From an uncultured delta proteobacterium (GTDB taxonomy: Bacteria > Myxococcota_A > Polyangia > Polyangiales > Polyangiaceae): a stretch of DNA of 64,000 nucleotides. Below are positions 1 through 10,805 of this stretch, in pieces (position 1 is the stretch's first letter; each line of letters starts with the position of its first letter). The DNA is taken from assembly GCA_963782055.1 (NCBI GenBank), contig CAWAIF010000003.1, positions 4,032,001 to 4,096,000 on the forward strand, read 5' to 3'. A program made the translations under genes and the position numbers. Below the pieces are notes generated by a model. It was not told where the DNA came from and searched no databases. It saw only the letters and a program-made list of their open reading frames with translations.

Positions 1-160
1 CGCCCTGCTCCGCCGCGGGGCCCCTGCGGTGAAGGTGGACCTGCGCACCTCCGGGCGGAAGCCGCGCCCCGGCGCGCCCCCGCTCCGCGTGGTGTACGGC
101 GGCCTGGAGGACGAGCTGGAGAAGCGCAAGCCGCCGAAGGACAAGCGCTACCTCAATTGA
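1..160 (+). CDS. 3' end of a gene running in from the left edge (C-terminus ...LRVVYGGLEDELEKRKPPKDKRYLN*; resembles myxobacterial rhomboid-family tails)
   Basis: Open frame from base 2 to TGA at 158-160 with typical GC3-rich codons; overlaps the pdxA stop by 8 bp. The family guess rests on the tail only. Confidence 0.55.
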   Translation, partial: ALLRRGAPAVKVDLRTSGRKPRPGAPPLRVVYGGLEDELEKRKPPKDKRYLN

Positions 161-1160
161 CCGGGGCCAGGCGGGTGGCGAGGTGCATCGCGTGCTTCAT
201 CCCGCGGGGGTCGGCGTCGAAGCGCGCGGCGCGGTCGTAGGCGGTGCCGTGGTCCACGCTGGTGCGTACGATGGGCAGGCCGAGCGAGACGTTGACCGCC
301 GTGCCGAAGGCGAGCAGCTTCATCGGGATCGTCGCCTGATCGTGGAACATGGCGACGACGCCGTCGTACTCGCCGCCCACCGCCAGGCGGAACGCCGTCT
401 CCGCCGGGACCGGCCCGAAGAGCCGCGCCTTGATACGTGCATCATGCAAACGTCGGGCGGCCAGGCCGATGCCGGGGACGATCCGCGCGGCCTCCTCGCG
501 CCCCAGCAGGCCGCCCTCCCCCGCGTGGGGGTTGAGCGACGCCACCGCCACGCGCGGCGCGCCCCCGCACGTGCGCGACAGGAGCACCGCCAGCCAGTAC
601 GCCGCCGCCCCGACGCTCTTGCGGGTGACCGCCGACGGCACGCGCGCGATGGGCAGGTGCGTGGTGCAGAGCGCCGTCGTGAGGCGCTCCGACCAGAACG
701 CCATGACGACCTCCCGCGCGCCCAGCCGGCGCTGCAGGTGCTCGGTGTGGCCGAGGAAGCGACGCGCGCCGGGCGCGCCGGAGTGGGCGATGGCGTCCTT
801 GCTCACCGGGCCGGTGACCAGCGCCGCCGCGCCCCCGCGCGCCGCCAGATCGCACGCGGCGTCGACCCAGGCGAGCTGCGCGGCCCCGCCCGCGCGGGAG
901 GGTTGCCCGAGCACGCAGTCGCGCGCGCGCAGCGCGGCGCCGGGCTGCCAGACGGCGATGGAGCGCGCGCCCACCTTGGCGTCGGGATCCTCGACCGCCA
1001 CGACGCGCGAAGCGTCGATCCCCCTGCCGCGCGCCGCGCGGCGAACCACCCCCAGGTCACCGACCAGCAGCGCGCGCGCTCCGCGCAAGGAGGCCGCCGC
1101 GACGACCGCGACCTCCGGCCCGATTCCGGAGGGGCACCCGATGCTGACCGCGAGCTTCAT
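153..1160 (-). CDS. pdxA: 4-hydroxythreonine-4-phosphate dehydrogenase
   Basis: MKLAVSIGCPSGIGPEV start; GHTE, LNPHAGE, AMFHDQ and RTSVDHGTA motifs. Confidence 0.95.
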   Translation of the reverse strand: MKLAVSIGCPSGIGPEVAVVAAASLRGARALLVGDLGVVRRAARGRGIDASRVVAVEDPDAKVGARSIAVWQPGAALRARDCVLGQPSRAGGAAQLAWVDAACDLAARGGAAALVTGPVSKDAIAHSGAPGARRFLGHTEHLQRRLGAREVVMAFWSERLTTALCTTHLPIARVPSAVTRKSVGAAAYWLAVLLSRTCGGAPRVAVASLNPHAGEGGLLGREEAARIVPGIGLAARRLHDARIKARLFGPVPAETAFRLAVGGEYDGVVAMFHDQATIPMKLLAFGTAVNVSLGLPIVRTSVDHGTAYDRAARFDADPRGMKHAMHLATRLAPVN

Positions 1161-1885
1161 GCTTCCCTTCCCGCGCCGCCCGGCGCGCGCAGGACGTAGC
1201 CCGCGCCGCGCAGCGTCTCCAGCGGCAGGGCCTCGCCGAGCTTGGCGCGTAGCCGCCGCACGTGAATGTCGACCGTCCGGGGGCCGCCCTCGTAGCGCGA
1301 GCCCCACACCCGCGCGAGCAGCGTCTCGCGCGCGAGCACCTTGCCACGGTTCTGCGCCAAGAAGGCCAGAAGGGCGAACTCGCGCGCCGTCAGCGTCACG
1401 CGCCGCCCGTCGACCGAGACCTCGTGGCCGGCGCGGTCCACCACCACGCCGCCCACCTTGATGCGCTCCTCGTTGGCGAACTCGCTCACCTGCCACTCCA
1501 GCTTGCGGATGCGTGCGTAGAGCTCGGTGGGCGTGCAGGGCATCACGATGAAATCGTCGAAACCGGCGGCGGGGTCCAGCCCCGAGACGTACCGGGCGGG
1601 GAGCGCCGCCAGCACCGGCACCCGCGCGAGCCGCGCGTCGTGACGGAGCTGGCGCAGCGCGGCCACCGCGAGGTCGGGTCGCTCGCCCGCCTCGATGACG
1701 GCCACGCGCGCCGAGTCGTCCTCGCCCAGCAGGGCGTCGGCGTCGGCGAAGAGGCCGCCCGCGCGCACGTCGGCGCCGAGCTGGCGCAGCAGGCCGGCGC
1801 ACGAGGTCTCCTCCTCGTTCTCCTCGCCGAGCACCACGAGCGGCAGGTGGCGAGCCTCCCTCGCCGCGGCCTTCTTCGGCTTCAC
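1157..1885 (-). CDS. OmpR/PhoB-family winged-helix regulator with atypical receiver domain
   Basis: C-terminal LTAREFALL...VWG...RTVDIHVRRLRAKL...TLRGAGY; receiver lacks the canonical DD, D and K; GTG start inferred; 4-bp overlap with pdxA. Confidence 0.85.
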   Translation of the reverse strand: MKPKKAAAREARHLPLVVLGEENEEETSCAGLLRQLGADVRAGGLFADADALLGEDDSARVAVIEAGERPDLAVAALRQLRHDARLARVPVLAALPARYVSGLDPAAGFDDFIVMPCTPTELYARIRKLEWQVSEFANEERIKVGGVVVDRAGHEVSVDGRRVTLTAREFALLAFLAQNRGKVLARETLLARVWGSRYEGGPRTVDIHVRRLRAKLGEALPLETLRGAGYVLRAPGGAGREA

Positions 1886-2003
1886 CCGATCCCCTTCCAA
1901 CAAGCCCCTCTCCAGCGCCGGCCGGAGCCCTCCGCGAACGCCCGGGCTTCTACGTCGGCGGACCCTCGGCGGCAAGGATCGGGTCTTGCTTGGATCCCCC
2001 CGC

Positions 2004-2369
2004 ATGACCCTACGCTCCCTTGCCCTCGCGGGCCTCCTCGCCGCCTTCGGCGCCATCGCCTCCGGCTGTGGCGGCGCCTACGAGTACGAAGAAGTCGAGG
2101 TGGCGAGCGCGCCCCCTCCCCCGCCCCCGGCGCGCGTGGAGGTCGTCACGGTCTCTCCGGGGCCCGGCTACGTGTGGACGGGGGGTCACTGGCGGTACAC
2201 GCGCCGTGGTTACGTGTGGGAGCGCGGTGTCTGGGTCGCGCCCCGGCGCCACCGCGTGGTCGTCCACGTGCGCCCGGCGGTGCGCGGGCACGTGGTGGTG
2301 CGCGGGCACGCGGTGCACGTGCGCGGCCGTGGGCACGTGTACGTCAGCGCGCATCCGCACCGGCGCTGA
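2004..2369 (+). CDS. Small YXWGXW-repeat lipoprotein with His/Arg/Val-rich tail
   Basis: Signal peptide and lipobox (IASG-C); PGPGYVWTGGHW and GYVWERGVW repeats. Confidence 0.8.
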   Translation: MTLRSLALAGLLAAFGAIASGCGGAYEYEEVEVASAPPPPPPARVEVVTVSPGPGYVWTGGHWRYTRRGYVWERGVWVAPRRHRVVVHVRPAVRGHVVVRGHAVHVRGRGHVYVSAHPHRR

Positions 2370-3041
2370 GGGCCAGAAAGCCCGCCTGGCCGTGGGCACG
2401 CCAGATCAGCTCGACCACGGGGAACCCCAGCCTCGCGAAGAGGGCGAGGTGCTCGCTCACGCGCACCGGAAAGAACTGGGTCCCTTCCCGCGCCAGGTGT
2501 CGCTCCACCGTCTCGGCGTCGCGGCCCTGGGCCCGCTGCCAGGCGGCCCAGCGCGCCCGCTGCAGGGCGTGGCCGCGATCGGTCTCCGCGCGCACGTTCT
2601 CGAAGACGACGAGGGCGCCGCCTGGAGCCAGCAGTTCACGGCACCGTGAGACGGCGCGTTCACGATCGGCCATCGTCCCGTAGTGGTGGCACTGCACGGC
2701 GGTGATCACGTCGAAGGGCCCGGCGTCGGGGAGCTCCTGCGAGCGCGCGTGGATCACCTGGGCGGCGGGGAGGTCGGGCAGGCGCGCCCGGGCGAGCGCG
2801 AGCATGGCCTCCGACGGATCGGCCAGCCAGAGCTCCGTCGCTGGCGAGGCCGCACGCACGCGCTCCGCCAGCAGGCCGGGCCCGCAGCCGGTGTCCAGCC
2901 AGCGCGCGGGCGCGGCGGGCGCGACGGCGCCGCGCGCCACGTCCACCGCCGTGGCGAGGATCTCCGCGTGGTACGGGATGGTCCGCCCGACCTGATGCTC
3001 GTAATCCGCCGCCCTGTGCGCCGTCGTGTTGTCCGCGGCCA

Positions 3042-3042
<1 letters not shown>
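2344..3042 (-). CDS. Class I SAM-dependent methyltransferase (CmoA-like)
   Basis: WLDTGCGPG motif I, FDVITAVQCHH, LAPGGALVVFE; start overlaps the tldD stop. Confidence 0.9.
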
Positions 3043-4484
<1,442 letters not shown>

Positions 4485-4611
4485 GGGAGGGCCAAGGTAA
4501 GGCCCGCCACCACGAACGCCAAGCCGCTTTCGCGACGCGGCCGGGCGCCGCGTGCCCCGCGGCTCGGGCGTTTCCTGGTCCTCTGCCGGGCGATGGGCCT
4601 ACAGTCCGGCC

Positions 4612-5034
4612 ATGCTCTCGCAGCTCCTCATCGTCCTTCACGTCACCGCCAACCTCGTCTGGATCGGGGCCATCGCCTCCGTCGGCTGGCTCGTGAGCGC
4701 CGCGACCAAGACCGGCGACCCGAGCGCGGCGGTCCTCGGGCGGCAGCTCTATCTCAAGGCGGCGACGCCGGCGTTCCTGGTGAGCTTCCTCTGCGGGGCG
4801 GGGCGCTTCGCGATGGACCCTTCGTACTACATCCACCTTCATTGGTTCCACGGCAAGCTCACCGCGGCTCTGGTGGTCATCGCCCTGCACCACGTCATCG
4901 GCGGAAAAGCCCGGCGCGTCGCGAGCGGAAGTATGCAAGCGGGGCGCGGAGGGGGTATCCTAGTGGGTGCTCTGCTGGCGTGTGCGTTCCTTTCGGTCAC
5001 CCTGGTCATCTTCCGGCAAAATCTGGTGCCATGA
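4612..5034 (+). CDS. HemJ/CopD-like four-helix membrane protein (possible protoporphyrinogen IX oxidase)
   Basis: LHVTANLVWIG and WFHGKLTAALVVIALHH motifs; four hydrophobic segments. Confidence 0.65.
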   Translation: MLSQLLIVLHVTANLVWIGAIASVGWLVSAATKTGDPSAAVLGRQLYLKAATPAFLVSFLCGAGRFAMDPSYYIHLHWFHGKLTAALVVIALHHVIGGKARRVASGSMQAGRGGGILVGALLACAFLSVTLVIFRQNLVP

Positions 5035-5141
5035 TGACCTCTTGGCGAGGGTGGACTGGACGGGGTGCCACACCTCGGCCACTTGTCTTCCGCTAGGGAC
5101 CCACCCACCAAGACGTCCGAAGTCCGGGAGTTTCGTCATCC

Positions 5142-7742
5142 GTGGCGATTGACCGCGAAAAGGTCCTCGAGGCCGCGCAGAAGCTCGTCGAGAAGAAACG
5201 CTACGACAGGGCGATCCTCGAGTACCAGAAGCTCATCGAGGAGGATCCGAACGACGCGCGGACCCTCCTCAAGATCGGAGACCTCCAGCTCAAGATGGAG
5301 GGGTATCCGGACGCCATTGCCACCTACGAGCGCGTCGGCAGGCAGTACGCCCAGCAGGGCTTCGCGCTCAAGGCCATCGCGGTCTACAAGCAGATCCGCG
5401 AGATCGTCGCCAAGCACGTCCCGCACCTGGAGGAGCGCTACGCGCACATCCCTCCCAAGCTGGCGGAGCTCTACCAGCAGCTCGGACTGGTGTCCGACGC
5501 CCTCGCCGCGCTGGACGAGGTGGCCACGCGCCTGCAGCGGCAGCAGCGCGATCAGGAGGCCATCGAGGTCTTCCGCAAGATCGTCACGCTCGACCCCACC
5601 AATCCCCTGCCCCACCTGCGTCTCGCCGAGGCGCTCTCCCGCGCGCGCGACGCCGACGGCGCGGTCAGCGAGTTCGGCATCGCCGCCGCGCTGCTCATCA
5701 AGCTGGGTCGCCGCGACGACGCGCTGAAGGTCCTCGAGCGCCTGCTCCACCACCGCGCCGAGCCCGCGCACGCGCGCATGGCCGCGGAGCTGTACCTCGC
5801 CCGCGGCGGCACGACCGACGGCATGCAGGCCCTGTCGAAGCTGCAGATCTGCTTCCACACCAACCCGAAGGACCTCACCACCCTCGACCTGCTCGCCAAG
5901 GCGTTCGTCCAGATCGGCCAGCCGCGCAAGGGCATCGAGGTGCAGAAGGAGATGGCGCGCATCGCGCGCGAGCAGAAGCGCCTGGACGTGATGGACAACG
6001 TCCTCGCCGTGCTCTCGCAGATCGCCCCCGACGACGACGGCGTCGCGCAGCTCATGATCGCCCGCGACGAGCTGGCGGTGGAGCTCGCCGGCGAGATGGA
6101 GGAAGAAGAGGCCGAGCTCATCGAGGAGGTGGAGGACTTCATCGAGGAGGTGCCCGAGCCGCCGCCGTCGGAGGCGGAGCCCCTCCTGCTCCGCAGCGAG
6201 CCTCCCACCGCGATGATGGACGAGGGGCCGGAGCTGGTGGAGCAGGAGTTCGCGCCCGCCGCGGAGCCCGACGCCGCGGTGATGTCGCGCCTCGCCGACC
6301 TGCTCGGGGAGGCGCAGTCCTTCCGGCGCGTGCGGCTCTACGCCAAGGCGGTGGAGGCCATCGCCGCGGGCCTGGAGATCGACGGCCGGTCCATCCCGCT
6401 CCGAGCCGAGCTGCGCGACATCTACCTCGAGGCGGGCCAGCCGGCCGACGCGGTCGTGGAGATGCTCAACATCGCCTCGCTGCAGCTCGACGCGCTGGAC
6501 GGCGACGGCGCCGCGCAGACGCTCCAGGACGTGCTCGCGGTCGACCCGGAGAACGAGCGCGCCGCGGTGATGCTCCGCGAGCTCGGCTACGAACCGGTGG
6601 AGGAGGCGCCCCCGCCGCCGCCCCAGGACTTCTACCTCCCGCCCGGCCGCGCGCGGATGCCCAGCTACGATCCCGAGGCGCCGCTGCCCTCGTACGACCT
6701 GGACGAGCCGGGCTTCGCCGAGGCGCCGACGGGCCACACCGCGGTCGTCGACGACGCGCCGCTGCCCAGCTTCCCGCTCGACGCGCCGGAGAGCGAGGCG
6801 CAGTTCGAGCTGATCCCCGACAAGGCTCCCTCGGTGATGCCGCCGGAGATGCCCAGCGAAGCGGCGACGGCGGCGTACGCCAAGCCCACCAGCGAGGAGA
6901 TCGAGGAGGCGCTGGAGGAGGCGGACTTCTTCGCCTCGCGCGGCCTGTTCGAGGACGCCAAGGCGGTCATCTCCGACCAGCTCTCGCGCAACCCGAGCCA
7001 CAAGCTGCTGCTCGAGCGCATGGCGGAGATCGAGGCGCAGGAGCAGGCGGCGCAGCGCGGCTCCGGCACGCGCGCGCGGCCCGACGCGACCTCCCCCGTC
7101 GCGCCCATCCCGGACGAGGACTTCGACATCTCCTCCTCGCTCGACGCGCTGGAGGCCCTCGACGTCGCCCCCGAGGCGCAGAGCCTCATGAACGACACCG
7201 GCCAGGTGGACGTCGAGGAGGTCTTCGCCAAGTTCAAGGAGGGCGTGCAGAAGACCCTCTCCGTCGATGACGGCAAGGCCCACTACGATCTCGGCCAGGC
7301 CTACCGGGAGATGGGGCTGCTCGACGACGCCATCACCGAGTTCGACACCGCCGCGCGCGATCCCAAGCTGGAGGTGGACGCGCGCTTCCTCGTCGGCATG
7401 ATCCAGACCGAGCGCGGGATGGTCAAGGAGGCCATCGCCGCCTACCAGAAGGCGCTCTCCGCGCGCATCCGCACGCCGGAGCAGGAGACGATCCTCTGCT
7501 TCGAGATCGGCGCCGGCTACGAGACGCTGCGCATGCCCAAGGAGGCGCTCAGCTTCTTCCAGCGCGTGGTGCGGCGCGACCCGGGCTACCGCGACGTGCA
7601 GGAGCGCATCCGCCGCCTCTCGCAGACCAGCGCCAAGCCGGCCGTGCGCGCGGTGGCGGTGGGCGCGGAGGACGACGAGTTCGACCGCGCCTTCGACGAG
7701 CTGCTCGGCAGCGACGGCACCCTGGGCAAGGGTCAGGGCTAG
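5142..7742 (+). CDS. Large TPR protein with acidic/Pro-rich linkers (FimV-like organisation)
   Basis: N-terminal TPR array, acidic linkers, C-terminal HYDLGQAYREMGLLDDAITEF TPRs; 866 aa. Confidence 0.85.
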   Translation: MAIDREKVLEAAQKLVEKKRYDRAILEYQKLIEEDPNDARTLLKIGDLQLKMEGYPDAIATYERVGRQYAQQGFALKAIAVYKQIREIVAKHVPHLEERYAHIPPKLAELYQQLGLVSDALAALDEVATRLQRQQRDQEAIEVFRKIVTLDPTNPLPHLRLAEALSRARDADGAVSEFGIAAALLIKLGRRDDALKVLERLLHHRAEPAHARMAAELYLARGGTTDGMQALSKLQICFHTNPKDLTTLDLLAKAFVQIGQPRKGIEVQKEMARIAREQKRLDVMDNVLAVLSQIAPDDDGVAQLMIARDELAVELAGEMEEEEAELIEEVEDFIEEVPEPPPSEAEPLLLRSEPPTAMMDEGPELVEQEFAPAAEPDAAVMSRLADLLGEAQSFRRVRLYAKAVEAIAAGLEIDGRSIPLRAELRDIYLEAGQPADAVVEMLNIASLQLDALDGDGAAQTLQDVLAVDPENERAAVMLRELGYEPVEEAPPPPPQDFYLPPGRARMPSYDPEAPLPSYDLDEPGFAEAPTGHTAVVDDAPLPSFPLDAPESEAQFELIPDKAPSVMPPEMPSEAATAAYAKPTSEEIEEALEEADFFASRGLFEDAKAVISDQLSRNPSHKLLLERMAEIEAQEQAAQRGSGTRARPDATSPVAPIPDEDFDISSSLDALEALDVAPEAQSLMNDTGQVDVEEVFAKFKEGVQKTLSVDDGKAHYDLGQAYREMGLLDDAITEFDTAARDPKLEVDARFLVGMIQTERGMVKEAIAAYQKALSARIRTPEQETILCFEIGAGYETLRMPKEALSFFQRVVRRDPGYRDVQERIRRLSQTSAKPAVRAVAVGAEDDEFDRAFDELLGSDGTLGKGQG

Positions 7743-8497
7743 GCGCGCGCGGCGCGGCGGCGCACCGCCTCGACGAAGCGGGCGACCCACGGGTCCTCGG
7801 ACGCCAGCGCGGCCGCGGCGACCGCGATCGGGCGGCCGCCCTCGAAGATCTCGCGGTAGGCGCGGACCAGCGCGCGCACGCTCGCCGGCGGCACGCCGCG
7901 GCGCTCCAGGCCGACGCGGTTGACGCCCCGCGCGCGCGCCCGGTCGCCCTGCACCACGAGGAACGGCAGCACGTCGTGCTCCACCATCGCCCCCGCCGCG
8001 ACGAAGGCGTTCTCCCCCACGCGGACGAACTGCGCGACGCCGGCGAGCCCGCCGAACGCCGCGTAGTCCTCCACGACCACGTGCCCGGCGAGCTGCACGC
8101 CGTTGGCGATGACGCAGCGCGAGCCGACGTGCGCGTCGTGCGCGACGTGGACGCCCACCATCAGCAGGTTGTCGTCGCCGATGCGCGTGGCCGACTCCTG
8201 CGTACCGCGGTGCACCGTCACGTGCTCGCGGAACACGTTGCGCCGGCCAATCTCGACCCGCGTCGGCTCGCCGCGGTGGCGGAGGTCCTGCGGGCTGCCG
8301 CCCAGCGCGGCGAAGGGGTGCACCACGCACCCCTCGCCCAGAGACATCGGTCCCTGGAGCACCGCGTGCGTCATGACGCGGCAGCCCGGCCCGACGCGCA
8401 CGCCGGCGCCGACGATGGCATAGGGCCCGACCTCCACGTCGCTCGCGAGCTCGGCAGACGCATCGACCACCGCCGACGGGTGCACCCGCGCGCTCAC
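7739..8497 (-). CDS. lpxA: Acyl-ACP--UDP-N-acetylglucosamine O-acyltransferase
   Basis: VHPSAVVD, GGSPQDL, FREHVTVHRGT, HVAHD; hexapeptide repeats. Confidence 0.95.
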   Translation of the reverse strand: MSARVHPSAVVDASAELASDVEVGPYAIVGAGVRVGPGCRVMTHAVLQGPMSLGEGCVVHPFAALGGSPQDLRHRGEPTRVEIGRRNVFREHVTVHRGTQESATRIGDDNLLMVGVHVAHDAHVGSRCVIANGVQLAGHVVVEDYAAFGGLAGVAQFVRVGENAFVAAGAMVEHDVLPFLVVQGDRARARGVNRVGLERRGVPPASVRALVRAYREIFEGGRPIAVAAAALASEDPWVARFVEAVRRRAARA

Positions 8498-8498
8498 G

Positions 8499-8945
8499 TC
8501 AGCCCGCTTTGTCGACGACGCTGGCGAGCAGCTCGCCCTGCGCGCAGAGCGTCCCGTCCACCGAGGCCTCACCCTTGAACTTCCACACGTTGGTGCGGTG
8601 CGTGAGGACGCTGACCTCCAGGTCCAGTCGGTCGCCGGGGACGACGGGGCGGCGGAACTTCGCCTTGTCGATGCCCAGGAAGTACATGAGCGAGCTCTGC
8701 GCGTCGAAGGGCTCGCTGGCGTACGCGAGCAAGCCGCCAATCTGCGCCAGCGCCTCCAGGATGAGCACGCCGGGCATCATCGGGCGGCTGGGGAAGTGTC
8801 CGAGGAACCACGGCTCGTTCATCGCCACGCTCTTGTGGCCGCGGATGCGCTCGAACGGCACCACCTCGGTGACGCGGTCCACCATCACGAAGGGGAAGCG
8901 GTGGGGGAGGATCTGCAGGATGCGGTCGATGTCGATCGAGGTCAC
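8499..8945 (-). CDS. fabZ: 3-hydroxyacyl-ACP dehydratase
   Basis: LPHRFPFVMVDRV, GHFP, MPGVLILEALAQ, KFRRPVVPGD. Confidence 0.97.
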   Translation of the reverse strand: MTSIDIDRILQILPHRFPFVMVDRVTEVVPFERIRGHKSVAMNEPWFLGHFPSRPMMPGVLILEALAQIGGLLAYASEPFDAQSSLMYFLGIDKAKFRRPVVPGDRLDLEVSVLTHRTNVWKFKGEASVDGTLCAQGELLASVVDKAG

Positions 8946-9844
8946 GTGGAGCCCTCTTTGGCGCCGCGGTACAGGCGCCCCAGCGCACGCAGCCAGCGCC
9001 AGCGCGGCACCGCCGGGTATCCTGCCACGACGGCGCCCGCCGGTACATCGCCGATGACGCCGCTCTTGGCGGCGACGCGCGCGCCCGCGCCCACGCGCAC
9101 GTGATCCGCGAAGCCCGCCTGACCGCCGACCAGCACGCCCCGCCCGAGCACGACCGAGCCGGCGAGGCCGACCTGCGCCGCCAGGATGCAGTCCTCGCCG
9201 ACCTCGGCGTTGTGGCCGACGTGGACGTGCGCGTCCAGCTTGGCGCCGCGGCGGATGCGTGTAGGCTGCAACGTTCCGGCGTCGACGGTGCAGAGCGGAC
9301 CGATGCAGACGTCGTCCTCGATGATCACCCCGCCGAGCTGCGGGATGACGCGGACCGCCCCGCCGGCGCCGGTGGCCCAGCCGAAGCCGGGGCGGCCGAT
9401 CACGCAGCCCGCCTCGATGCGCACGCGCCGCCCGATGACGACGCGGGGGGCGAGCACCACGTGCGCCCCGAGGGTGCTGCCCTCCCCCACCACCGCGGCG
9501 GCGCCGGGCTCCTCCGCGGCCTCCAGCAGCTCGGCGAAGGCCCACGACGCGAAGGGGTGCACCCACGCCGGCGCCGAGGCGACGCGAGGGTCGTCCGCCA
9601 CCCGGGCGTCGAGCAGCAGGGACGCCCCGCGCGACACCGCCGCCGCGGCCTGGGCGAGGTAACGCGAGGAGAGCACCGGCGCGAGGTCCCCCGCGCGCGC
9701 CTCCGCCACGGGGGCGACGCGCACCACCACGACGTCGCCGTGCCCTGCGCGCACGCTCCCCCCGTGCGCGGCGGCCAGCGCGTCGAGCGCGCGCGCGTGC
9801 CGCAGCGCGATGCCTGCCCGCTCCGCCGGAGCGGGCTCGCTCAC
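8942..9844 (-). CDS. lpxD: UDP-3-O-acylglucosamine N-acyltransferase (short beta-helix)
   Basis: GRPGFGW, PQLGGVIIEDDVCIG, LDAHVHVGHN, GYPA; position in the skp-lpxD-fabZ-lpxA cluster. Confidence 0.9.
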   Translation of the reverse strand: MSEPAPAERAGIALRHARALDALAAAHGGSVRAGHGDVVVVRVAPVAEARAGDLAPVLSSRYLAQAAAAVSRGASLLLDARVADDPRVASAPAWVHPFASWAFAELLEAAEEPGAAAVVGEGSTLGAHVVLAPRVVIGRRVRIEAGCVIGRPGFGWATGAGGAVRVIPQLGGVIIEDDVCIGPLCTVDAGTLQPTRIRRGAKLDAHVHVGHNAEVGEDCILAAQVGLAGSVVLGRGVLVGGQAGFADHVRVGAGARVAAKSGVIGDVPAGAVVAGYPAVPRWRWLRALGRLYRGAKEGST

Positions 9845-10419
9845 GGCTTGGCGGCCGACCCCTCGGGCGCGGGCGCCGGGGCCGGGGCGCCGCCGCTGTT
9901 GTACATCTGGATGCACTTGTCGGTGAGATCCAGGTCGGTGCGCACGTAGGCGACGGTCGCCTTGTCCACGACGAGGTCGTAGTTCTCGGTCGTGGCGATG
10001 CGCTTCACGATGCCCATGATCTTCTCGAAGATGGGCTCGGTGAGCTCCTTCTGCTTCTTCTCGAGCTCCTTGTTGTAGTCGACGAAGACGCTCTGCAGCT
10101 CCATCATCTGCTTCTGGAGCTCGTCGACGCGCTTCTGGTAGGCCTCCTTGGAGAGGACCTTCGCCTGCTTGTCGATGTCTGCCTTCTGCTTCTGAAGGTC
10201 GGTCTGCTTGCGGTTCAGCTCCTGCTGGCGGCTGTCGAAGAGCTTCTTCAACGTCGCCTGGGCGCGCAGACCGTCCTCGGTCTGCATGACCGCGCGCTGC
10301 ACGTCGACCACCGCGACACGCATGGCGGGCGCCTGCTGGGCGTGGGCCGGGGCCCCCAGGAAGAGGAGCGGAAGGAGGAGGACGGCCATCACCAGACCGC
10401 GGCGAAACGCGTGCTGCAT
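9841..10419 (-). CDS. skp: Skp/OmpH periplasmic chaperone
   Basis: Signal peptide (AHA-QQ), RVAVVDVQR, coiled coil, YDLVVD...DLDLT. Confidence 0.93.
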   Translation of the reverse strand: MQHAFRRGLVMAVLLLPLLFLGAPAHAQQAPAMRVAVVDVQRAVMQTEDGLRAQATLKKLFDSRQQELNRKQTDLQKQKADIDKQAKVLSKEAYQKRVDELQKQMMELQSVFVDYNKELEKKQKELTEPIFEKIMGIVKRIATTENYDLVVDKATVAYVRTDLDLTDKCIQMYNSGGAPAPAPAPEGSAAKP

Positions 10420-10704
10420 GCGTGGCGGGTTAGCTTGTCACCGCCACGCCGTCAACCGGACGATCCGGCCCCTCCATGCACCGGCGCCCCCGGCGGCGGA
10501 TCGCCAGCTTCCTTGCGATCGGGCGAGCGGCCGCCGTGCCGGAGGGACCGCCCCGCGTGACCGGCGGTGACCGGCCGGGTGACCGCGAGCATGCCGACGA
10601 TCGCCCCGACCCGCCCCGGCCGCGCGGCGGCGCCTGGCCCAGTGTGTACGCCCGTCCACAGCCGCAGCGGCAACCAGGTCCCACAATCGCCACCCTCATG
10701 GGAG

Positions 10705-10752
10705 GAATTGCCCGGCAATTCGTGTCATTCTCGAGCTGGCACGCGGCGTGGA
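10705..10752 (+). promoter_or_regulatory. Palindrome GAATTGCC-C-GGCAATTC plus sigma54-like -24 element (TGGCACG) upstream of the Cys-rich lipoprotein
   Basis: Perfect 8-bp inverted repeat at 10705-10721; TGGCACG at 10737-10743 with an imperfect -12 (GTGGA instead of TTGCA). Confidence 0.4.
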
Positions 10753-10805
10753 TACGAACGGACCAAGCGAGCGTCCACGCTCGCGCCGGTGGAGGCAAGA
10801 GGACG

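Noticed and set aside
10476..10805. Long N-terminal extensions in the ORF track (also 153-1802, 28647-30203, 58382-60703)
   Set aside because: Extensions run through intergenic DNA or neighbouring genes; signal peptides and family motifs indicate later starts
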